This document shows positions 16,938-29,828 of a stretch of DNA of 64,000 nucleotides, piece after piece; the stretch's first letter is position 1; each line of letters opens with the position of its first letter. The notes below the pieces were generated by a model. It had not been told where the DNA came from. It was given only the letters and a program-made list of their open reading frames with translations, and searched no databases. Origin of the DNA: the human T2T-CHM13v2.0 reference genome, Homo sapiens. The DNA is taken from the NCBI RefSeq assembly GCF_009914755.1, contig NC_060927.1. The stretch is one strand, 5' to 3'. The translations under genes and the position numbers were made by a program.

Positions 16938-17557
16938 ACAATGTGAACACATGGACACAGGAAGGGGAACATCACACTCTGGGGACCGTTGTGGAGTGGG
17001 GGGAGGGGAGAGGAATAGCATTAGGAGATATACCTAATGCTCAATGACGAGTTAATGGGTGCAGCACACCAGCATGGCACATGTATACATTGTGCACATA
17101 TACCCTAAAACTTAAAGTATAATAAAAATAAAATAAAATAAAAAGAATAATAGAATATAAACTTGCTCACAAAAAAAAAGAATAATTAAAGCCTTTACTC
17201 TAAACATTAAAATATCATCCATGGTGTACTCAATTTTTGAATTGGTCCAATCTCATGGACTTATATTTCACTCTTATCCTGCAAACAACACTGCATAACT
17301 AGAATATTTAGGGTTTCAACATTCAAAATAAGGAAACAAAAAACAAAAGTTCAAGTGCAAAGTAGCAATTTAGTAAATGTTTTTGGCACTGAATTGCCTG
17401 GAATAAAGTCAAATCCTGGGTAGTTATATTTTCATGTATGTTTTTAAAGAATAGTTTTACATAAACACTTGTATAATTCCAAACTACAGTCTTCAATAAA
17501 TCATTTGTTAATAAAAGCTAATTATTTAACTGAACTAGGATTTTGTTTATCCCTTAC

Positions 17558-17679
17558 CTTTGTTGTGACTTCAGAACCTGAGTTACGACATGAGCGATGA
17601 TCTTCCACTGGGAATGTGTAGATCTCCTGAGGTGTCTTGTGGATACCTGGTAATTCTCTGAAGGCTGCTGTGTAATGAC
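17558..17679 (-). other. Candidate 122-nt internal exon of an unidentified transcript
   Basis: Minus-strand acceptor ccctttctaattttccag|GTC and donor AAAG|gtaagg in non-repeat DNA. Confidence 0.35.
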
Positions 17680-18169
17680 CTGGAAAATTAGAAAGGGATG
17701 AATATACTGGTATCTTGGGATAGAATGAGATTCACGCCAGAAAAGGAAATCAGCTAAAGCTCTGATCAATCAATTGAGAAAGCCCGGGTTGGTGTTGCAG
17801 GGCCATTTCCTAGGCCTTCAAGCAAGACACAAATTTAAAAATAAAAACCAAAAAAAGCTCCTCTGGCTTTCTTTTTCTGTAATAGTGCAATCAGTTTTAA
17901 CTCGGAAACTTCAAAACAGTAACAAAGACTTAAAATAGAGGTGTTAGAGTGGGGGAATCTGAGATTAGAACTTGTCACAAAAAAAAAAATCTCATTCTGT
18001 CTAGCAAATCCCACTTGGCTATGAGTCACAGGAGATCAAGATATGCACTGGTAACACAATTTAGTTTGTCCCTAACTGGAAAAATGTATGTGTGTATGCA
18101 TACACACACGCACACATATATGTTTTCATTTGGGATTAATTTACAATTCAATTTAGTTGTGATTTATAG

Positions 18170-18171
18170 TG

Positions 18172-18221
<50 letters not shown>

Positions 18222-18225
18222 TATT
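18170..18225. repeat. (TG)n(TA)n microsatellite
   Basis: Directly visible. Confidence 0.9.
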
Positions 18226-18389
18226 TAGTTGTGATTAATTCAGGGCTAGTCTCTCATTAGCACTGTGTTAGACCCTATGGTGGTCAGTGGTGGGGGCTAG
18301 GTACACAGATACAAAGATATCTATTGCAGAGACCTGTCCTCAATGAATTGATTGTAATTTAAATGAAGAGTCCTCCACAACTGAGAAAG

Positions 18390-18963
18390 TGTATTAATCA
18401 AGGTTCTCCAGAGAAGAAGAACAAATATGGTGGATGGATGGATAGGTGATAGATAGATAGGCAGGCAGACTAGAGGATTTATTTTGGGAATTGGGTCTCT
18501 TGGTTATGAAGTCCAAGAAGTCCCATGATCTGTGGCCTGCAAGCTGGAGACCCAGGAAAGCCAATGGCGTTATTCAGTCTGGGTCTGAAATCCTGAGGAC
18601 CAGGGGAGCCAATGGTGTAGCTCCCAGTCCCAGGCTGAAGGCCTGAAAACTGGGATTGGGAGGTGCTGGTGTAAGTCCCGGAGTCTGAAAGCCCGTGAGG
18701 CAGGAACTCTGTCAGAGAACAAGAGAAGATGGATGTCCCAGCTCCAGAAGAGAAAGAATTTACCTTTTCTCCACATTATTGTTGTATTCAGGCTCTCAAC
18801 AGATTGGATAATGCCCATTTACACTGGTAAGGGTGGATCTTCCTTACTCTGTCTACAGATTCAAATACTAATCTCAAGAAACACCCTTTTAGACCAACCT
18901 AAAAATAATGTTTCACCAGCTGTCTTAGCCCAGTCATGTTGACATATAAAATTAACCATCACA
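18390..18963 (-). mobile_element. MLT2 (ERVL) solo LTR
   Basis: tgtattaatcaaggttctccagagaa ... ttgacatataaaattaaccatcaca. Confidence 0.85.
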
Positions 18964-19789
18964 TTCAGTAAATAATAAGGTTAAGAAATAGCTTTCTTTA
19001 CAAGTGTTTGAAATACATAGTCAAACTCTAAACTTCAGCAAAAATAATATATTATTGCTAATAAGATGACAAGACAAAAAGTTGAACTGCCAAACGTATG
19101 CTACAAGACACAAGTGCTCATTGTTTTGTGAGAGAACTCACAGGGAAGGTTTTGTACAGGACATGAATTGGCATGAAGGATAAGGAGAAGTGGGTAGATG
19201 CCACCAAGATAAGATTAGACCTACCTTCTGGCTTCGTAAGTTGCAAAGCACCTGAGGAAGCCATCCCTCTGTCTGCAAATATGCCATCGTTGTACTAGTA
19301 GCTGAGAGCCATGAATAAAGAACTGTTTTCTTCTGAAGAGTACAGTGCTCTGCCCAGTTCTGGACCCTTCTACTTGCAAATTACTACAGCTGAAGCCACT
19401 TAACTGTTGCGTCTTGGCCAACCTCGGACCAGTTCTACTGCAGTCAACAATTCCCTGCCAGTAACCTCATGGCTCAATATAGATCACACCCACTCAGTAT
19501 TCCTGTCTGGGTTTCCTGATCCTTAAGCTCGTGATATAGTAACTGGACTTTAAAAAAAGTCCTTCTCATCAAGATTATTCCTAGTAATATTGTGACAGTA
19601 CTAGATTGTTCCTTTGTTTCTTTGAGCAGAGAGAATGTCGATTTCAAAAAGAACCAAGCTCCATCCTGACCTTAAAATTCAGGACTTGAGATTGAAATTC
19701 AGTATACCTCATCAAACATTCTTAATCTGCCATCTTTTTAGTCCTATACATATATAACTCATATATATCTTATATATGAGTTACTGTTC

Positions 19790-20015
19790 TAAGAGTATGG
19801 CAGAGACTATCTCATTTAATCTATAAAAAAGCCCTATGAAATAGGCACTCTTATCAATATCCCCATTTTTTTCTTAACAACTCTAGGTATTGAGGCATGC
19901 AGTGGTTAAGTAATTTGCCAAGCAACTTAGCTTGCAATAATGGTAAGTGGCAGAACCAGAATTCAAGTCCAAGCGATCTGGCTTAAGAGGCCAGGCTCTC
20001 TGCCACCATGCTGTC
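19790..20015 (-). mobile_element. MIR
   Basis: ctcatttaatc...ccccatttt...gttaagtaatttgcc...gtaagtggcagaaccagaattcaa. Confidence 0.75.
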
Positions 20016-21469
20016 TCAGTCTTTTATTTGGTTACTGAGGACTCTAATGAAACTACTTTCTTTGGTGTCTTTGATGCAGACAACCCCTAGTAGCAACCTA
20101 ATTCGCCGTCTTCAGAACCCACTGCATGACTTTTCTCCTCCCTTCTGCCCTCTACTTCTGGTTCTTTTCTGAGTTCCTACTGTATTAGTAGTACAAAGTT
20201 GGAGATTTTGTTTGTTTATTTTTGCAATGGGCCTTTATGATCTCATCCAGGCTCCATCCCACCACAGACTGCAGCTTGCTTTAGAGGGATACGTACTTTT
20301 TCCCACCTATTACTGCATCAAACCAACCAAATTAGACCTTATGCAACAACATACAGATTGTGTAAACTCTGTTTTCTGAACCCTTTCATTCAATAATGTG
20401 TCTTGACGTTGCACGTATTCACAAGCCATCTTAATTGTGGCAGCCACTAATCAATCACCTAATGTATATTGTGCAATGCTATATAGGTTGTGAGGTGCTT
20501 TCATGCTTGGGAGAAACATATTCAAGAAGAGGGAACAACAATAATAACGCATTGCATGTCTGCAATGCCAGTATGTTTATTTTCAACCTCTTTTTAATTA
20601 TGCCATTGAGATAACAGAGGCACTCAAAAATGTAAAAATTTGATCACATTAAAATGGGTTAATTACATCAGGGAAAGTTTCAGTAAGGATCTGGCATACT
20701 TAGTATTACTGGTTTTCAAACATCTAAGAATCTGATTTCTGGATTTAGACTACTTGCTTGTCTTAGCCTCAATTCCCATTCTCTACTGCCAAATATTTCA
20801 CACATGTCAGTTTGAGAGTTGAATGACATTCAGAGCACTCTTTATGCCAATGGAATCATTGACATCAAGAGTGAGGTAATTACCCTAGGGAACATGCTGG
20901 ACAATTAGTTTATTATCCCAAGTTGCTCCAATACAAATATCCTATATCACCATTTATTTGGACTTAATATGGAAATAGAATGGACTTTAGAAATACACAA
21001 GTTACAATTAGAAGGCATGTTTCTTAGGAAGAAATAAAAAGTCAAGTCGGGATGATTTTTTTTCTTGGAATGATTTTTAATAGCACTTTCACTATTATTA
21101 TTGATAAATTAATGAATCAATAAAAATGTAAAATAATAAATAATGAAGCCTCATAAAGGCCATTCTATTTTCATATGAAGTCCAAATAAATGGTGATATA
21201 GGATATTTTTATCGAAGCAAGTTGGGATAATAAACTATTGTCTAGCAAATTCCTTGGGGTAGTTACCTCAATCTTGATGAAGCCTCATTATTGATTAGTT
21301 TACATTATAATTGATTAGTGCACACTCATTTAATAATCTGTTTCTACTTATTAGAATATAAGCTTAAAAAGTATCCAAGTTATTCTTAACTGTCCCCAGA
21401 ACCCCCAAAACAGGCATAGAACACAATATGTGTAAAATATACATTTGTTGATTAAAAACATAAGTACTA

Positions 21470-21545
21470 TAATATACCTTAAAAATTTGTTAAGAGGGTA
21501 GATCTCATGTTAAGTGTTCTTGCCAAAATAAAATAAATATAAATA
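21470..21545 (+). mobile_element. Extreme 3' end of an L1MA/MB element
   Basis: aaatttgttaagagggtagatctcatgttaagtgttctt followed by an A-rich tail. Confidence 0.6.
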
Positions 21546-22374
21546 TATAGTAAATGTGTTTGGTTCTAATGGAAATTATCTCTGTGTGTTTAATTCTTTA
21601 GAATAGTAAATATTTTAAATATTTACTTTGCAAACTGCAAAAATATTTATTATATTTCCTTAGATGTAGAGATCGTTGCCTAAAAGGGTCCTTCTCAGTT
21701 TAATGCTCATTGCCCCTCGAAGAAAATAAACAAAAGTCTGAATATAAAGAACACATTGAAGCAATAAGTTAGTATATCTGGATGTCAGGTTTATTATCAA
21801 CTACCAAGAATAACATAAGAAAAAAAGATACACTAAGAAATGTGTGACTGGTAGTTGAAAGAAAACAGAAACTATAATCAAGCCTTTATTCTTTCCTGAT
21901 CTACACCAAAGTCTTTGCAGTGTAGGCTCTGGCTTCGTTACAGAATGCCTTAATTCACAAAGTCTGACACAATTCGTCATCTTCTTTCAAAGAAAATGTC
22001 TTTTTATTCTGTGCCTTGCCAAAGCTTCGTGAGGGCTGAGCAGAGAAGGGTGAAGCTGGAGAGCTCTGATTACCCAGAAAACTATGTTGTCACCCATGCT
22101 TGTCTCCTGTGCACACAGTCTCTGCCACTGCTCCTGTGCTCTGGTTTTCAGTGGGAAAGATAATGTCACCTTCTTAGTCATGGTGTTGCTGCTTATGACA
22201 AGTACCTCCCCCAACACTCTACCAATACTTGAATTCTTTTACATTCAGATGTTTAAACACCTGGGGAAAAAATTTATAATAGAAAATGCTGCTTATTTGT
22301 TAAATGTGATTTTCTTCCCACAAATTGATACTTTGCCAATAACCATCATTTTCTGCCACTCCTGTGACAGGTAA

Positions 22375-22620
22375 GGAACATGGACTCTGAGGTTCAGATA
22401 GCCTCCCATTCAAATCCTGACTCCACCATGTATTTGTCATGTGCTCCTAAGCCAGTGACTTAATCTCCATGTGCCTTGATTTCTTCATATGCACACTGAA
22501 CAATAATGTCTGCCTCACAGAACTTCTATGAGAAATACATCAGATACTACCTCTAAAAAGTTCAGAATAGTCCCTGACATATTGTCTTTAGTTTTTAGTA
22601 GATAAGTGTTGGGTAGTTTT
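22375..22620 (+). mobile_element. MIR
   Basis: tggactctgga...ttcaaatcctgactccacca...tgacttaatctc. Confidence 0.75.
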
Positions 22621-22967
22621 CTTTTCGTTAATATCAGATAAAATTTATGTAGAATAACCCATACATGATATAAAGAGGTGCTTTGGTGTTCTTGAGAACT
22701 AAATCCCCATCCTACCTTTAATCTTAATGATGACATACATAGCCTTTGATGTGGGATGTGGGAAGTTTTTCTCTGGGGTAGAAGAAACAAGAAAGGAGTA
22801 AGGGATTTGGCTATTGTAAGTAATTGAAAAGTATAATGAGTTTTAGATTTGAATAGCATTTTAATGACATTTTTACCATGATGACTTCCAAGTAACATTA
22901 GATGTACAAACAGTATTTATTTTATTAATTGATTCATATTTTGTTTTCAACCACAAAATATTTATAA

Positions 22968-23360
<393 letters not shown>

Positions 23361-24629
23361 TAAAATTATTATATAGCATTTTCTCCAGTAACAGATTATA
23401 ATCCACCCACCAATGCATATACTGAATAGAATCCCTGGGTTTTTTTGATCCATCAAGTCTGTCTTTATTTATTAAGTCCTCTTCGTTTGTAAAGTCTCCA
23501 AAGACTTATTTATTCCCAGTAAATACAACATTTTTCTAGTAATAAAAACAAATAGATAGAAAAAAACTAAAGAGATTTCTAAGATAGCTAAGATATCTAT
23601 CCCTTCTGGGAGACTCTTAGTTAATAAGGAATTGAAGCTTGGATGTTTTCACACTGCATTTTACTGAAGTGTCTGCAGACATCTCTGGAAAGAAAACCTC
23701 CTCTTTGCATCCGTGGTTCTTGCCTTTATTTTTGTGTCTTAGTTTTTTTATTGTCATTAGTTGAGTTAGCATCTGGAAAATCAGAATAACGAAAGAATGA
23801 GTGGAAATGGGCCTTATGCTATAGAAAGGATATTATACTTGGAGTCATGAAGTCTAGATTCTTGTCTTGACACCCCCAATGATACCAGCTAATGCTTACT
23901 GAGTACACACCAGGGGCCAGGTAAGCCCTATTTATTCATTATCTCATTTAACTAAACCAGTTCAACTCTAAAGTGATTCTCAGGCAACATGGCTATGGCT
24001 AGCCTTGTGCCAGTGGATGAGCAACCTAATTGCTCTTTGTTTATAAAATAAAATCAGATAAAACAATGTCAAATGATTTTTTTAATAACTGAGATCATGT
24101 ATATTAAACTTCTTTAAAATCTCAGTAATAATTGTTAGCATTTAGATATTTCTTTTGTGCAAGACACAATGTTATTCTTCATCTCACTTAATCCTCCCCA
24201 AAACCCAATGAGGTAATTATTAAAATACTATCATTTAGCAGATGTGGAAGCAGATTCAAAAAAGAGTAACTGAGACTCCTATCCGTCTGACTTGATCTCA
24301 AACTCTTATCTACTATTCTATCTTCTTAAAGCTGATAATGCTCCGGCAAGTTTAGTTGTATATACAGCTAATTCTTTGAGAATGTATCTTACACATTTAG
24401 TGAAGTTTCAAGCTTCGGGAAAAAAGTTTTAAGAAACTATCTCCTTAAACATGATAAGCAGCTGGTACGTGTCAGGCACTCTGTCTTATGGTTCTAAAGA
24501 TGCCCCAACATCCCCTCGATCTAACAACAAAGAGGCCTTCAAATTTTTTTTAAATGTAGTCCGCTAAATAATTATATACAAATTATATTCCTATGAAAGT
24601 ATTAATGTGATTATATATATTATATTATC

Positions 24630-25100
24630 TGTAGTCTGTATTTGATCATTTAGTGGCTTAAAACAACATTTTTACTGTCTTTGCATCAGGAGCGCAGGCA
24701 CAGTTTAACTGGGTTCTCTGGATCGAAGTCTCTCACAAGGCCACAGTCAAGATATCAAGTGTGGCTGGGGTCGTCTTTAACCTCCATCCGAGTGGATCTA
24801 CTGCTAGGCTCACGCACATGGCTATTGACAGGATTCAGTTCATTGCAGGCTGTTGGCTCTAAGTTCCTTACTATGTGGGCTTCTCATGGGGTAGTGCCCA
24901 TGAAGGCAGCTGGATTCTATCAAAGTGAGCAAATGAGAGAGGAAGAGAGGTTGTAATTTACTTTCAGATGTAGCCTCCTGTCACTTTTGCTGTATTCTGT
25001 TTATGAGAGGTGAGTCACTGGGGCCAGCCCGCACGCAAGCATCTGTGTGAATACCTGACTTTGGGGATGACTAGGGACCATCTTATAAAGCAGCCCACAA
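24630..25100 (-). mobile_element. MLT1 (F/G/H-like) LTR
   Basis: ttagtggcttaaaacaaca...ggctcacgcacatggct...ggattcagttc...gtgtgaatacc. Confidence 0.7.
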
Positions 25101-25861
25101 CAAACAGCAACTCATCTTTTGTGGTTGTTGTTGTTGGGAAAGAGGTAGAAGAGGACTTTAGTTGAAGGCAAGTGTTGAGAATTGCTAGCACATTCTCAGC
25201 CTAGTAGATCTAGTAAAGATTCAGTAAAGAATCGGTCCCTGAAATAAATTAAATCCTGAGTGCCTATTCAGGTTGGCAACATCCTATCCTATTATCTTAT
25301 CAAATGACTCTTAAGCATTGTATCTGGAATTCTGAGGAATGTGACAAGGGTTCTGAGCAGCAGCTGAGTATGGACAGATCTGTACTTTGTCATCACTCTA
25401 GTTGCTCAAAGAAACTTCCAAAGTTGGAAAGAAAGAAAGCATGTTTAATGCTTTCTTTGTACAATGTAAATATTTGTAAAATGAAGGGGTGAATTTTATG
25501 GAAGAAAGAAAGAATAAGATGAAACGACAAAGAACAAAATACCAAATTCACAAACTGTCTTCACACTTCAATATCTCAAAGATTGAAACCTCAGTATAAA
25601 TTTGTTGAATGACATATCATAAATAAAATATAAAATATGTGCTCACATATCATACGTCTCTACAATAACTACTGAAGTGGAATTAAGTGCTGCAATGAAA
25701 ACTTTGGTGGTATAACAAGGAAATATGAATTAGTGGAAGTCTGAGAATAGTACAAAGGAGTAAAGAAATGTACAGATAAACTCATATACTATAAGGAAAA
25801 AAAATATGCGATACTGAATGGATTTAGGGTTAAGCTATTTGTACTTATAATTTAGAAACAG

Positions 25862-26282
25862 TGTCTTGGTCCATTTTCTGTTGCTTATAAGAGAATGCCT
25901 GAAACTGGGTAATTTATTTTTAAGAAGAATTTATTTCTTATGGTGATGGAGGCGGAGAAGTCCAAGGTTGAGAGGCTGCATCATGTGATAGAAAGCCTTC
26001 TTGCTGGTGGGGACCTTTGCATAGTCCCAAGGCAGCACAGGACATCACACGGCAAGAGGACTGAGAGTGTTAGCTCAGGTCTCTCTTCCTTTTTTAACAA
26101 AGCCACGAGTTCCCCTTCCATGACAGCCCAATAATTCATAAATTCATGAATCCATAAATAAATTAATCCATCCAAAAAGGGAGAACCTTCATGACCCACT
26201 TACTCCCACCTCTCAATACTGCAACACTGGAGATTAAATTTCAACATGAGTGTTGGAGGGGACAAATATTCAAATTATAGCA
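25862..26282 (-). mobile_element. MST-family MaLR solo LTR
   Basis: tgtcttggtccatttt...aaactgggtaattta...ttcaacatgag...ggggacaaatattcaaattatagca. Confidence 0.85.
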
Positions 26283-26850
26283 CTTAGAAAAAAAAGAGAA
26301 ATTGAATTCAGAATGTTATGAACACTGAACACATAGCAAAAACCTACTGAAAGAAAATAGCTAAAGCTTGCTAGAGATAAATTTGTTGTAACTTCTGTTT
26401 TTGTAGCTGAATTCCTCACCCTTCCCTTCTGTCTACCGATTCATCTTCATGGATGTTAGAAGAAAATTTGAGTTGCAGAAATATTTGAGAGAAAGAGCTA
26501 GAGTGAGAATGAGAGAGAGTAAGGGAGGGGAGGGGGCTTTAGTCCCTGCTGCATTCTTGTTCTCTTTCCCTGTTCTCACTTCCTTGGCTAATTTCTCCAC
26601 CTTCACAACCTAACTAGTGTTCAGCTATGCAGAAATCTGTCACACCGTTACTAAGCTGAGGGTTATGCCACTCCGAGGAGAAGCTGCGGGCAGAGGGAAG
26701 GACAGTGTGGCAGGCTGTGTTTGGGAATGGAGAGCTGGGGGGAAGTTCTTATGTCTCAATAGACTCCATATCTGCTGATTACTATGTTGTTGCAAACAAT
26801 CAATTCCTTTATTTCTTCATCCTTTAAGTAGTGGTTTTACAAATGCAGCA

Positions 26851-26887
<37 letters not shown>

Positions 26888-27519
26888 AAACCACAATTAC
26901 TTTTCAAACAATTTATTGGGCTTCAAGACAATGAAGAGTTTACCATTCAATACTAGAACAAAGTAAAGGTAATATATGTTGAGACAGCATTTACAATGTG
27001 CTAGTAAAGTGCCAGATAATGTGTACAAGTTCTTTGCCTTCATGCAAAGAAGCTTTCCTCTCATCTCTACCAGGGAATGCTCAAACAGCATGATAAGATA
27101 TTGGTTCAAGATTTAAACAATATTATCTCTGTCATGCTGAGTATGGTGCCAAAGGGCTTGAGTAAAGAAAGGGTGCCATATGTGATGTTTTGTGTACATT
27201 TGTGCCAAGAAGGGAGACTTAAACATAGATTTCAAAAATGATATTATTTGCCTGATTAGTCAGCTACAACTATACATTCAAATAAGTGTAGACTATCAAG
27301 TATGATGCAAGAAGGAGAATATTTTGTTTGGTAATACATAGGAAAAAAAATTACCGGGAAGTTGGTATCCAAAACCAAGGCTTAGAACTTCAGACAATTT
27401 TATATTCATCGTTTCTGAAGGAAATCCTGAATAACATATTCTACATGATATACAATTTCATTTAGGATGTTTCTGAAAAGCTTGGGGAAAAACAAATATA
27501 TTCTTTTACATAATGAGAA

Positions 27520-28000
27520 ATAATGCAGATGTTGACACTACTTTGCTGTTCATGGGTATGCATTCATTTTTATATAGATTTGGTCCTCAGGCTGGCCCTA
27601 TGTTGGGGTTGTAAGATGGCAACAACAATTAAAGACATCACATCTAAATATGACATAGTTCATAGGAATAGAGTCCAATTCTTACTTGTAATTATCTGTT
27701 ATTAAAAAAAAAACCTTCCCAGAAACTCCCAGCAAGCTTTCATTCACATCTCATTGGATGGAAATGTATCACATGCCCAAGCAAAACAGATCAGTGGCCA
27801 AGGACCACCATGATCATCTTAGTCAGGTAGGACATATGCTCGAATCTGGGGATAGTTGTCCTCATTGGAACAAGGTCATGTGGAAGATGGTGGGTACCAA
27901 CTTCCACAAATTAAGGTTACCATCTTTTGCAAATTAAAATTAAAAAAAGAATATTGGGGGTAGAACAAGTTATTGGATATACATCTAGCAGTGTCTACTA
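27520..28000 (-). mobile_element. Old MLT1 (K/L-like) LTR remnant
   Basis: aagatggc, ttcccagaaactcccagca...cacatctcattgg...tcacatgcc. Confidence 0.5.
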
Positions 28001-28035
28001 TAGGAGCAGTGTTAAAAAAAAAAATAAGAATTCCA

Positions 28036-28316
28036 CACTTTGGGAGGCTGAGGCTGGTGGATCATGAGGTCAGGAGATCAAGACCATTCTGGCCAACATG
28101 GTGAAACCCTGTCTGTACTAAAAATACAAAAATTAGCTGGGTGTGGTGGTGAGTGCGTGTAATTCCAGCTACTCAGGAGGCTGAGGCAGAAGAATCCTTT
28201 GGACCTGAGACCCGGAGACTGCATGGAGCTGAGATTGTGTCACTGTACTCTAGCCTGGGCAACAGAGCAAGACTCTGTCTCCAAAAAAAAAAAAGAAAAA
28301 GAAAAAGAAAAAAGAA
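28036..28316 (+). mobile_element. AluSc-like, 5'-truncated
   Basis: Starts at cactttggga; TSD AAGAATTCCA at 28026-28035 and 28317-28326. Confidence 0.92.
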
Positions 28317-28584
28317 AAGAATTCCAAAGTCAAGTACGTTTAGAACATTTTGGGTTTAATTTTATTTCAAATTTTCTTGGCTATGGAAACTTTAGGGTAC
28401 TTTTTTGATGCTTATGGGCATTATAAATCTACAAGTTGGGGTATAACAGGCTGCATTTCCCTTCCTGTTCTACATTTTTGTTGTTTCTACTGTTTTATCA
28501 TTCTGTTATAACTTCATATGTAAATTTACTATAATATAAACTCATATGAGCATTCCACAGCTTATGAAATAGTACTAAAGAGCT

Positions 28585-29090
28585 GTAGCATGCAGGTGGT
28601 ATTCATTTTGGCCTCCCAGCATCCTTTTCTGTGTATGAAAAATTATCCAATTTATGAAATTTTGTGAACATTAAGTTGCAGTTATGGCAATAACAGTTGA
28701 GAATTCTGCATACGTGCTTTCCCAGCCTGGCTTGCAGCTAGGTTGCAGAGAGTTTTGACATGAGATGTGGAAAGCCAAAAAGAAAATGATAAGAAAACAT
28801 CTCTCCTCCCCACCTTTCTCCTCCACCTCCTACCTGCCACTCTTCCTCCTCCACCTCCTGTCCTTTCTCCTTCTTCTCTTCCTGACCCTCCCACCTGCTA
28901 TTTTTGTAGTAACAACAATTTTCTCAGCAAATATGATCTGGTATAAAATCTAGGGTGATTTTTCTAGCTGTTTATTGTACGCATAGTTGTCTAGCCTTCC
29001 TAATATGTCTGTGAGTTAGCCAATGTCTTTTTAATAAGTTGCTGTTTTCATTATTTCAGGGTGAGCCAGCTTCGGGATTGCAACTGAGAA
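28585..29090 (+). mobile_element. Possible old ERVL LTR (LTR16/33-like) with a CT-rich tract
   Basis: ttcccagcctggcttgcagctagg; ttgcaactgagaa end. Confidence 0.4.
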
Positions 29091-29528
29091 GTGGGACTAT
29101 TAAAAGGTACTAAAGCAGAGAATACGACCAGTAAACAAACAAAAAAAAAGCACTTTAAATAGGAATAAAATATATTAATAAATGTGACCACATGGAGATT
29201 AGTGACCATAGAAGGTAATGATTCATTCCAAATAATTAGGCTAACAGGGAATTCAGAGTCATTCTGAATTGTCAAGGAAACATTTACATGTATGAAGACT
29301 TTTGTTCCAAAGGAGTTCATAATTTCTAGTAAGTTTACATTTTATCATGAATAGCTTAACAACTAAACATCACCATTGAATAGCAGAATGACAGGGGAGA
29401 AATATTTTCAACCAAAATGTTGAGAACCACTGCCAATGATAGATGAATTCAAACTAAGCCAAAGAAAACTCTAAAATGATTGTATAGGTCACTGGGAAAA
29501 TAAGATTTGATTGATAAAAATCTGTTTA

Positions 29529-29828
<300 letters not shown>

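Noticed and set aside
19225-19251. 27-nt minus-strand microexon (cttcctcag|...AAG|gtaggt)
   Set aside because: Good donor but very weak polypyrimidine tract
26856-26885. T30 as a solo poly(A) retroinsertion
   Set aside because: No target-site duplication on the flanks
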